Below are positions 52,846 to 64,000 of a DNA stretch of 64,000 nt, piece after piece. The position numbers were made by a program, and so were the translations under genes. Origin of the DNA: Octopus vulgaris. Its lineage: Eukaryota. The notes below the pieces were generated by a model. That model worked only from the letters and a program-made list of their open reading frames with translations. It was not told the origin of the DNA and did no database searches. Location: positions 75,082,001 to 75,146,000 of the forward strand of contig OX597822.1 of assembly GCA_951406725.2 (NCBI GenBank), written 5' to 3'. How positions within the stretch are numbered: the first letter of the stretch is position 1; every line of letters begins with the position of its first letter.

Positions 52846-53665
52846 AAAAATGAAGTTCGAAAATGCTGCTATATTATACAATTTTTAATTTTTATATATA
52901 CATTATAACATGTTTCAGTTCCTGAAATGAACCTTATCAAAAAAAGTTATATATAAAAAAAGACAGCTCATGCCGTCAAACACAAGAAATTCATTTATAA
53001 TACACAACGGAGTCAGACATCTTAGAGTTCATGTATAGTTGATATATAGTTTGAAGTAAGTTCATTCATGCTATATGTTCAAAGTGTTCGATGCAGTGGC
53101 CCACGGTGGCGATACGTATTCAATACAAAAAACAGATCAAAGTGGTGGAAAGCAGTCAATACAGAAGATTGATGTTTCCGAAAGAGCGAGGAATTCATTT
53201 TTACCTTAAGCAATTGTGATGACCCATGGTGGGTGTTCGCTGGGTGGTTCTAGTGAGTCTTGTGAAGTGCTCGGTTTTATAATGCCTGTTAGGTGGTCAG
53301 TCCAGCGTAGCGTAACGTCATCAACGTTTTGACCAATCGTTTCGTTAGGTGGCTTTAGTCAAGCAGAACAGGACGTCATCATCATCATTTTGACGATGAG
53401 CATGAATGAACTTACTTCAAACTATATATCAACTATACATGAACTCTAAGATGTCTGACTCCGTTGTGTATTATAAATGAATTTCTTGTGTTTGACAGCA
53501 TGAGCTGTCTTTTTTTATATATAACTTTTTTTGATAAGGTTCATTTCAGGAACTGAAACATGTTATAATGTATATATAAAAATTAAAAATTGTATAATAT
53601 AGCAGCATTTTCGAACTTCATTTTTTACAAATATATACCTACTCGTATACGAGCTAATCCTATTA
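52843..53665. mobile_element. Element with near-perfect inverted arms of about 230 bp in (TA)n
   Basis: 52843-53072 is the reverse complement of 53399-53629; about 35 nt extra after the right arm; TA arrays on both sides. Confidence 0.85.
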
Positions 53666-53818
53666 TATATATATATATATATATATAAACTTACTTGGAG
53701 AAAAGAAAAGAAAAGAAAAGAAACGACGCGAGGGCGCTCAGTCATACAATAATTTAATAAATAAAATATATGCATACATACATATATGTACGTACTTACA
53801 TCTACATGTATATATACA

Positions 53819-53882
<64 letters not shown>

Positions 53883-54896
53883 TACAGGACACCACATATA
53901 AACGTAGAACTCAACGAGAAACGAAAACATAAAAACAAACTAGGAAACGGAATTTTTTTAACAACGAAAAAACACAGTACAAGACAAACAATACAAGGAA
54001 TATTCCCCTTCATCAGCTGTCCCTAGTTCGACTCAATGTGTGTTTCGAAGGTAAGGACAGAACACGACCCGTCGAATCAATCCTTCCTGCAAAAGAATTA
54101 AATAAAATTCCTTTGCAGAGGGGTAAAAACAAGGAAAGAAAAAAGGTGACAGGAACAGGACGTAAAAGCAATACAAATAAAAATACAAATACAATTAAAA
54201 TAAAAATACAAATACAATTAAAATAAAAATACAAATACAAAAAAAATACAGTACACATAAAGAATAAAAACAGGACAATGAAACCAACATTGAGGGCTTT
54301 TTTTTAAGCCTAGACGATGGAAAAATTCAGAGCGCAAGAAAAAGTCGTGTTGACTTGTAGAAAGCTGCGAGTGAAAGGAAGTTGGTAGTCGACTCGGCAG
54401 TGAGAGAGATGAGGAGGAGTGAGAGAGAGAGAGATAGAGAGGAAAGGAAACCAGAAAGGGTGAAAAATAAGAAGGAGAGAGACAGGCAAAGAGGAAGACA
54501 GACAGGAAGTAAGATGTAGTTTATATTTATATTTGTATTTATTTATATCCACTTATACATACTGTACTTATTGTATCATATTACTCTTTCATGTACATTG
54601 TTTTGTTCTATATTATTATGTTTGACCTTAATGTTCATATGTAGTGGTTTAATAAACTATGTGATTGGGTATTATCTAGTAGTTGATCATTGATTAAGAT
54701 GTGTTTCTCCATTTTCTTATTTTGTATTATTAATTTGTGGTAAAACATTTTACCTTTGTCCATATAATACAGTAAATGAATTAACTGCATCGCAGTTCTT
54801 AACATTTATGTATTAACTTTGTTGGGGGCTTCACTAGCAGTATATTGGATATATGTTATCCCATGGTGGGTTGCACTCACAACCTCTATCTCAATT

Positions 54897-54939
<43 letters not shown>

Positions 54940-55439
54940 GCACGACAGGCTTTCACACAGTTTCCGTTTACGAAATTTTCTTACAAGGCATTGGTCGTTC
55001 CGGAGCTGTCGTAAAAAGTTATTTGTCCAAGGTGCCACGCAGTAGACCTGAAACCGTGTGCAGCCGAAGCAAAACCCTGCTAGCCATTCAACCATCCTTG
55101 CATAAGATTTCATTATGTAATGTATCCTTCCTTTTTCAAGACGGTAGCGTATAATTTGAGGAAAATTGGTTGGTTGTCGAATGTTTTGACTTGATAGGGG
55201 ATTAGGGGATAGCAGAAGATATAAATGAACTGGATGCAAAACGTGTGAATTGTTGGAAAATAAAATTAATTTATTCTGCTGAAAAATTAGACAGTATTGA
55301 GGCCAATAAAAGAATTTTCCAGGGTGATAGCTTCCCGCTTTTTGATATTTTTTGGCCGTTTTACTGCTGCGCTTGATGACATTAAACATTAATACTACAA
55401 ATAGTAAAGTGATGGGTATGTAATAAGATTCAGGCAGCA

Positions 55440-55950
55440 TAAAAATCAATCATTTATTTATGGATGGCTTGAAGCTGTTTGCCAAGAGTGAAAAGACATT
55501 TGGATGTAATTTGAGATTAAAATGTGTGTAGTATTAATAATGAAAATAGGGGAAAATGGTATAATAGGATATAATTATCAGATAAGGAAGCTAATAAAAA
55601 GATAGGCCTAGAGGGTGAGAACAGAAGTTGATAAGATAAAGGAAAACGGTTTAAAGGAAATATTTGCAAAAGAATAACGTCAGGAGGTTGAAATTAGTGA
55701 TTAAATCTAAGCTAAATGGGGAAAATGAGACTAGCCATTAACACGTGGATCGTATCTGTTTTGAGGTAGAGTGGAGGAATCCTAAAGAAGAATAAAGAAG
55801 ATGTTGATTTAGATAAGAAGACTAGAAAAGCAATGGCTATATACGGGGGGAATATATCGGTTGTGCTGCTAATAGGATTTTATATGCTTTGTATAATAAG
55901 AATGAGGGAGAGGATTAATTAGTTACAGAGAAATTATCGGAGAGCAGAGA
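55440..55950 (+). pseudogene. Dong/R4-like RT remnant
   Basis: INHLL.MDGLKLFAKSE (cf. HLLFMDDLKL), RRLKLVIKSKLNG.N, INTWIVSVLR. Confidence 0.7.
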
Positions 55951-56899
55951 GGCAGAATTCATCATCATCATCATCATCATCGTCATCATCATCATCATCA
56001 TCATTGTCACCATCTTCATCATCATCATCATCGTCGTCGTCGTCGTCGTCGTCGTGATCAACATCATCAGAAAAAAAAAGACATCGTTTTTGTTTTTCAC
56101 AGCTTCACTGCTTTACTGCGAAATTTTCCATGCCAGTTTACATTCATTTAACTTCTGCAATGTTATCGAACCATTATAGTCTCACAGCCTAGTGATCGAA
56201 GGTGTTTAATTTATGATTCAAAATGTCATAAGTTCAGTTTCTGGTCCGGACAGCGTGTTATGTTACATTTGAGCAAGGCACTTCATTCCACCTTACTCCA
56301 GTTCTACTCTGTTGTAAGTACTAACAGGTAACCGATGCAGACTTCATTCCTGTTGGACTGTCAGGAGAATTCTCCATTAGCAAAGCATCTTTCTCTTTAT
56401 CCGTTGCTCTTGTTTGTTTAATATAACAAATTATATATTCATTTCTGTCGAACCCTATAGAAAACGTATGCTAGATCCCTTACTCAATGTTGTCAGAAAG
56501 TCATTAGCTTTTTAAAAGACTTTCTTGCTTGTCGCTTTTAGAAGCCAAAAAACTTATTCTTTGCTGATCTTCAGGAAGGATAGTTCAAACTATAATACAT
56601 AACACTGCTGCAAGCAGTTTGATTTTAAGAGGCATAAAAACTCAAAAGAATACGAAAATATCAGAAACATGCTTGTATTATAATCAGTTAAGTTCTTGTT
56701 TTTAATTCGTTATCTTTGGTTATGAATAATTATAAATTCTATTGCTTAAAAATTATGAAAACAATAAATGGTTTTGTTTTAACAAAGATAAACGTTATTT
56801 TGAAAAGAATAAAAGCAAAATTTTGCGTGTGTTTCAGTTTAATTTGAATGGATGTTTTTCTCATGCTTATATTTTTTGTTTTGCTTTGTAAGCTGGAAG

Positions 56900-57270
56900 T
56901 GGTGTAAATAAGATCAATGAATCATCATTTTTGTGTAGGTGGAGGTTTTGTAAGCTGGGAGTGTAGTATATAAGGCTAATGAAAGAATATTATGTAAAGT
57001 TTATGGGAAGGACGTTGAAGCTGAATGCATTTGAAAAGAGAATGCAGAAAGAAGAAATTAAGAAATTATGGTTCTTGCATGGGTTGTTCGCTGATAAACC
57101 AGAAATAATAGCCAAATCTCCTGCAAACGTTTCAGAGTATTTACAAGCAGAAGCAAAAGCTAGATTTCCGTTAATGAGGTCTAATAAGCAGAAATATTCG
57201 AAGTTATCTCCCTTTCATGACATGGTGGAGTGTGATGTTATCCGTCCCATCTCTTATATTTTATCTAATT
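56900..57270 (-). pseudogene. Degraded CR1/Jockey-group LINE 3' end
   Basis: Minus strand resembles the ..SFF...WN.LP...FP..YNL..FK..IDL C-terminus; weak. Confidence 0.35.
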
Positions 57271-57462
57271 CCAGCATTTAAAAATACTGTGGTAATTTCT
57301 GATGATGAAAACAATGGAGATAAGCGAATACGCAGTTTTATAATGTTTCTTTGAGTAGGAATATTCTCTATTGAGAGAGGTGGGGGCAAAAATAGATGAA
57401 AGATGATAGCAGTAATCATATATGTATGTATGTATGTTATATATATATATATATTTATATTA

Positions 57463-57900
57463 GTCTTTTATTTGTTTCACTCATTTGACAGCGGCTATGC
57501 TGGAGCAACGCCTTTAGTCGAAGAAATCGACCCCGGAAATTATTCTTTGTAAGACTAGTACTTTTTCTGCCGGTCTCTCTTACCGAACCACTAAGTTACG
57601 GGGATGTAAACAAACCAACATCAGTTGTCAAGCGATGGTAGCGGCGAGCTGGCAGAAGCGTTAGCACGCCGGGCGGAATGCGTAGCCGTATTTCGTCTGC
57701 CGCTACGTTCTGAGTTCAAATTCCGCCGAGGTCTACTTTGCCTTTCATCCTCTCGGGGTCAATAAATTATGTACCAGTTACGCACTGGGGTCGATGTAAT
57801 CGACTTAATCCGTTTGTCTGTCCTTGTTTGTTCCCTCTGTATTCAGCCCCTTGTGGGTAGTAAAGAAATAGGTAGCGGGGCTACACATACACAAATACGT

Positions 57901-57962
<62 letters not shown>

Positions 57963-58142
57963 ACATATATATTTATACACACGACAAGCTTCTTTCAGTT
58001 TCAGTCTACCAAATCTACTTACAAGGCTTTGGGCAGCTCGAGGCTAGAGTAGAAGACACTTGTAAAAGATGCAACGCCGTGGGACTGAACCCAGAACCAA
58101 GTGGCTGGGAAGCAAGCTTCTTACCACACAGCCACGCCTGCG
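57463..58142 (-). mobile_element. SINE family A interrupted by family B
   Basis: Tail 57463-57640, head 57871-58142. Confidence 0.88.
57641..57870 (+). mobile_element. SINE family B, full-length, with TSD
   Basis: GGTAGCGG at 57637-57644 and 57871-57878. Confidence 0.9.
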
Positions 58143-58381
58143 CGTATTATATTTATTTAGTTATACTCGTATATTGAATCAGTGCTTATACTCTGTAAAA
58201 TATATAAGCTGTATATAAGTGCTCATTTATTAGCATATCGTTGAGGTCGCATATATTATTACAGTGCATTATTTACAAGGGAGGTAGGTTTGCATTTATA
58301 TAAAAGTGGGCAAGAACGATTAGTTACATCACATATTCAGAATACTAAGCAAGCCAAAACATCAGGAATAATTCATAATTG

Positions 58382-58429
<48 letters not shown>

Positions 58430-58431
58430 TT

Positions 58432-58514
58432 ATTACAGCCTCAGGCCGACCAAAACCTTGTGAGTTGATTTCGTACTCAGAAACTGAAAAAATACTGTCG
58501 TATATATGTGTATA

Positions 58515-58585
<71 letters not shown>

Positions 58586-58817
58586 GTGTGTGCGTGCGTG
58601 CGTGTGTGTGTGCGTGTGTCTTGTGTTTGTACCTCCGCCATTGCTTGACAACTGATGTTGCTGTGTTTACATTCCTGTAACTTAGCGGTTTGGTAAAAGA
58701 CACCGACAGATTGTGTACTAGGCTTACAAAGAATAAATCCTGTGGTTGATTTCTTCGACCAACGGCGGTGCTCCAGCATGGCCGCAGTTACATGACTGAA
58801 ACAAGTAAAGCAATAAA
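58432..58817 (+). mobile_element. SINE family A, 5'-truncated
   Basis: Consensus match with long (TG)n. Confidence 0.85.
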
Positions 58818-58835
58818 AAAATCTATGCCATTTTA

Positions 58836-58866
58836 ATCCCGAGCAAGGCCGGGTATCTCTGCTAGT
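58836..58866 (+). mobile_element. Helitron-like 3' terminus
   Basis: CCCGAGCAAGGCCGGG..TCTCTGCTAG|T, same as 66-96. Confidence 0.6.
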
Positions 58867-58919
58867 TTTATTATAAATGTAAAACAACACCACAGAAGAA
58901 TGGACGTAAGCTTAAATAA

Positions 58920-58978
58920 AAAACCGCGATAGGTGAACCGCGATAGGTGAACCGCGATATGGCGAGGGATTACGGTAT
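58920..58978. mobile_element. pogo/Tigger-like MITE right terminal repeat
   Basis: AACCGCGATATGGCGAGGGATTACGG|TA resembles the reverse of CAGTAATCCCTCG..ATCGCGG-type TIRs. Confidence 0.5.
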
Positions 58979-59259
58979 ATCAGGAGTGGGCATGGTTTGT
59001 GCAGAGCCAATCCTGTTCTCTTGTATTGTTCTGGGGCAACGAGTGCCGAAGTCTCAGTAAGTAGGCTTTAGAAAAGGAGTTGTGAAACCTTGTGATTTTC
59101 CTGGCCATTTTGTTTCACTACGGCTAGGCAGATGAAGACTTATAAGAACCTAGACATGAAAGGGTTACTTTATGCAGGTTTCAAGTGAATGATGGACCGT
59201 AGAATGATCAAGGTCTCGATGAAGCGACAGGTGAGTCGAGAAGTGGAAAAGCTTAAAAT

Positions 59260-59555
59260 GTGGTGATAAGCATAATGGTTGTTGTTGTTGTTGTTATAGC
59301 TGTTGTTGTTGTTGTAATAGGAGATAATAATGGCGTTGATAATATTGGTAACAATGAGGAGGAGAATGGTGTTGGCGGTGGTGCTGGTCGTGATGGTGGT
59401 GGTGGTGGTGGTGATGGTGGTAATGGTGAGGACGATAATGATGGAGGTGGTAGTGATGATGATGAGATGGCGGTGGAGGGTTAAGACGGTGGTGTTGGGG
59501 GCGTTCGTTGTGTGGTTGGTGGTAGCGATTATGAGGATGATAAAGACGAAGGTAG

Positions 59556-59602
<47 letters not shown>

Positions 59603-59752
59603 GTCATGATGATGATGATGACGATGACGATGGTGGTGATGATGATAAAGACGAAGATAATGATGATGAAGATGATGATGATAAAGACGAAAATGGTGAT
59701 GATGATGATGATGATGGTTATGATGATGATGATGGTGATGATGATGATGGTT

Positions 59753-59803
<51 letters not shown>

Positions 59804-60859
59804 GTCATGATGATGATGATGACGATGACGATGGTGGTGATGATGATAAAGACGAAGATAATGATGATGAAGATGATGATGATAAAGACGAAAATGGTGA
59901 TGATGATGATGATGGTTATGATGATGATGATGGTGATGATGATGATGGTTATGATGATGATGATGATGATGATGATGGTGATGATGATGGTGATGATGAT
60001 AAAGACAAATATAATGATGATGATAAAGACGAAGATGATGATGATGATTGTTATAGCTGTGATGGTGCTGATGACGAAGACGATGATGACGATAAGGAGG
60101 AAGAGGAGGACGAAGAGAAAGGAGAGGAGAAGGAGAAGGAGGAGGAAGAGAGGAGGCGGAGGCGGAGGCGCAAGAGGAAGTCAGATACAATATCGTGCAT
60201 ATGGTATTTCAGCTGTACTTTTGCTGTCTGAAGCCAAGATTTGAGTTAGCAAAGATGGATTATCAAATGTGTTGTTATTGTTGTTGATACCGTTGTTGCT
60301 GTTGTTCTTAACCAAGACGACGACGACGACGACGATGACGGTGGTGGTGGTGGGGGGGTGATAGTGGCGGTGGCAGCGGGGAGCTCTTTTTGGATATTCA
60401 GCAGATTCTCATGCCTTGGGAACATGCAGTGCATACTATATTACGATGTGATTGATTATCATGGACATTAACTAATGGTGGTGAGGGTGGTGGTGGTGGT
60501 GGTGGTGGTGGTGGTGGTGATGGTGGTGATGGTGGTGATGGTATGGTGATGATGATGATGGTGGTGGTGGAGTGATGATGATTGTGGTGGTGGTGGTGGT
60601 GTGGTGGAGTTAGTGGATGTGATTGTAGTGGTTGTAATGATTGTTGTGCAGCTGCTGGTGATGATGACAATGCCGATGATGATGATGATGATGCTGATAA
60701 TGGTGCTGGTGGTGAAGACGACGACGACGACGACGACGACGACGATGATGATGATGATGGTGATGTTGATGATGATGATGATGATGGTGGTGATGATGAT
60801 GATGATGATGGTGGTGATGATGATGATGATGCTGATGGTGGTGGTGGTGGTGGTGGTGG

Positions 60860-60897
<38 letters not shown>

Positions 60898-60970
60898 GTG
60901 ATGATGAACATGATAATGATGATGACAATGACAACGATGAGGACGGTGGTGGTGATGGTGGTGGTGACAG
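59260..60970. repeat. (GAT)/(GGT)-rich compound microsatellite
   Basis: Directly visible; internal duplication of about 200 bp. Confidence 0.95.
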
Positions 60971-61044
60971 TGTTGGTGACTTTAGTAATAGAACTATAAT
61001 GGTGGATGTGAAAAAGGTGTGATATATGAGATTTGTAAGACGAC

Positions 61045-61091
<47 letters not shown>

Positions 61092-61128
61092 TTAACGCCT
61101 CAAAAAAAATTCATCCATTATGGAATAG

Positions 61129-61159
<31 letters not shown>

Positions 61160-61494
61160 GTCTTCGTCATCAGTATCTACACTAAGAGCAGCAACTACAA
61201 CAATGACAGCAAAAAAATACAGAAGAGAAAAAATAAATAAATAAACCTTGAATATTAACAGCAACAAAAAAGTTTTCTGAAAAAAAACAACAAAATTACT
61301 GCTACACCTAGAACAACAATAACAAAAGCAACAACAAAATATGATCAATGGAGTAAAAAAAATAAAAGCTAAATATAAAGGGTAGAGAAAACAAAAGTAA
61401 CAATAAAATGTTGAAAATGTAAAAGTGAAAGTAATAGAATGAATGTATTTGTGTGTTCAGTTTCATTTCACATGTGCGTGCGTGTGTGTGTGTG

Positions 61495-62067
<573 letters not shown>

Positions 62068-62547
62068 GTGTATATAAATATTTATGTGTGAATATATATA
62101 ACGTGTCTATGTCTACACAAATTTTAATTTATATGTATATATGAAAGTGCATATAAAATATTCCATTTATGCATACATGTGTGCACACAAACACACACAC
62201 ACACACACACACATACACGTGTATATATGTATGTGTATAGAATGTAGTGTTCGTTTGTTTGATAGATTCAGCAAAATAAAGCACTCAACACGTTTGAAAG
62301 ATATGAATATTTTTTATATACGGTGTCTTATTTGAGATAAACTATGTAAGTTTAATATCGGGTGAAAAATGTCTGGTTTGGTTTAGGTTAGAGTACTGCT
62401 GGGCAATGCTAAGCCAAGTATCTTTATTCTAACATGAAACGTGAGTAGCTTGTCACAAACATAATACTGTATATTTGGAGAAAGCCTCAAGTTAGATCTG
62501 GTCTAGAAGGAACAAAGCCAACTTCATAAGGACTAATTTGTCCCAAT

Positions 62548-62740
62548 TCAAGCGTAGTCGTGTACGCCTGCGCCTCTGGAGCCAGTGATCCAGGTTCGAA
62601 TCCCACTGGGACCGCGAGAAAAAAGAACCTTCACACCTGGGTCGTCTGAGCGCTTGCCAGTGTACACAGCTGGAAATGGGTACTTGGCCCTTCTCAGAGC
62701 TGCAGCACATGTCACACATTTGGTGGACCTACTTTGTTGT
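62548..62740 (+). mobile_element. tRNA-derived SINE, separate family
   Basis: Perfect B box GGTTCGAATCCC at about 62593; downstream CAGCTGGAAATGGGTAC typical of conserved SINE central domains. Confidence 0.6.
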
Positions 62741-63329
62741 TCAGTTTAAAACCAATGTTTTAAACATCCAGGCCAGTTCTCTTGGTTGGGCAGGGCTGGA
62801 TTAACCATTAAGCAAAATTAGCACATGTTTAGGGTATCAGGGAAGAGAAGCACCAGTGAAATGATAAATGGTTTACAGCTCGAAAGAAATCACTTTAGAC
62901 TTCATATTCTTCAGGCTATGTATGTATGTATGTATGTATGTATGTATGTATGTATGTATATATATATTTATGTATGTATGTATGTATGTATGTCTGTATT
63001 TATGTATGTATGTATGTATATATTTATGTATGTATGTATGTATGTATGTATGTATGTATGTATGTATGTATGTATGTATATATATATATATGTTTGAATG
63101 TATGTATTGGAAATATAATTTTGAAGCGTTCATGGTGTCATAGTAAGGATCTGGTCAAAGACTTTGCAATTAAATATATGTAGGGGGAAAACTTTTCAAA
63201 TATAAATAAAGTTGAAGTTTACAAAAAACAAAACACATTATTTCCTATCGTACTGTTAGTTTTGTTCATTTAAAAAAAAATTTTATTTAATGGTTTACTA
63301 TTGTTTATATTTTGATATACCAACATACA

Positions 63330-63387
<58 letters not shown>

Positions 63388-63392
<5 letters not shown>

Positions 63393-63503
63393 TGACCACT
63401 ATGTGGTTCACTCTAGTGCTAAAAATAGCTTAGCTAATGGTATAGCCACACCATTAGCGGAGCTATTTTTAGCACTAGAGTGAACCACATAGTGGTCACT
63501 CTC
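63388..63503. repeat. Near-perfect palindrome, 116 bp
   Basis: 43-bp perfect arms 63388-63430 and 63461-63503 plus inner stem GCTAATGGT/ACCATTAGC. Confidence 0.92.
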
Positions 63504-63608
63504 CAATATTTATGTATAAATTTGTATTTTCCCTTGGTTTTTATGTGCTAAGCCACTTGGTGTTAAATTGATGGTATTATTAAATTAATATCAAATTTTT
63601 TCACCCTC

Positions 63609-63639
<31 letters not shown>

Positions 63640-63642
<3 letters not shown>

Positions 63643-64000
63643 GGTGCGGTGAATAAACTGTTGTCTAAATTACGCAGAAATGAAAATAACACTGACAACT
63701 CATTTTAACTTATATTTACTAAAATTATATTAAAAAATACCTTAAAATACTAAAGAATGAATTTATTCAATAAAATCACCATTGGTTTCAACTACGGCCT
63801 CCAGACGACTTCAGAATCTCCTGAAACTCTTCTGGACGGTCCTCTTGTTTAGGTTGGTGAATGCTGCCATAATCCTTGCCTTCAGTTCATCTTTGGTGTT
63901 ACAAGGAGTTTTGTTGGTCTCTCGCTCAACTGCACCTCCACACATAATAATCAAAAGGATTGCGGTCTGGGGAGTTAGGTGGCCAGATGTTAGGGGTGAT
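63640..64000 (-). mobile_element. Tc1/mariner (DD37D-like) transposon end with transposase C-terminus
   Basis: TA|CAGGGTG terminus; minus frame WPPNSPDRNPFDYYVW...RLEAVVETNGDFIE* (stop at 63763) with a frameshift and an internal stop. Confidence 0.9.

Noticed and set aside
56979-57281. 100-aa plus-strand ORF with ordinary composition
   Set aside because: No recognisable motif; better explained as antisense to a decayed LINE 3' end
59294-60244. Long poly-Asp, poly-His and poly-Met ORFs
   Set aside because: Open in several frames only because GAT/GGT repeats lack stops in those frames; no splice or codon evidence
62548-62612. tRNA gene
   Set aside because: Good B box but poor D-arm and acceptor pairing, followed by a SINE-like body

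Overview
Eukaryotic, AT-rich intergenic or intronic DNA saturated with microsatellites. The SINE families and the density of TA/CA/TAA/GAT repeats suggest a cephalopod (Octopus-like) genome; this is inference. I can support no intact host gene, and almost all listed ORFs are microsatellite artefacts. The window is a transposon graveyard. It holds a near-full-length Penelope-like element (PLE: RT plus Zn-finger plus GIY-YIG, partial-tandem pseudo-LTR, a minimal hammerhead ribozyme in each repeat, flanked by (TA)n). It also holds Tx1/L1-like, CR1-like and Dong/R4-like LINE remnants, Tc1/mariner (DD37D-like) remnants, non-autonomous Helitrons and several tRNA-derived SINE families. The most interesting signal is a set of short non-coding elements from at least four unrelated sequence families. 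They share one architecture: inverted arms, a type I hammerhead motif with a palindromic stem III, and a tail of about 30-35 nt on one arm only. One copy has a tRNA-like Pol III head upstream of the hammerhead and a 20-bp target-site duplication. It is a candidate PLE-mobilised, ribozyme-bearing SINE (retrozyme-like). All family assignments come from motif recognition by eye; no database search was run.
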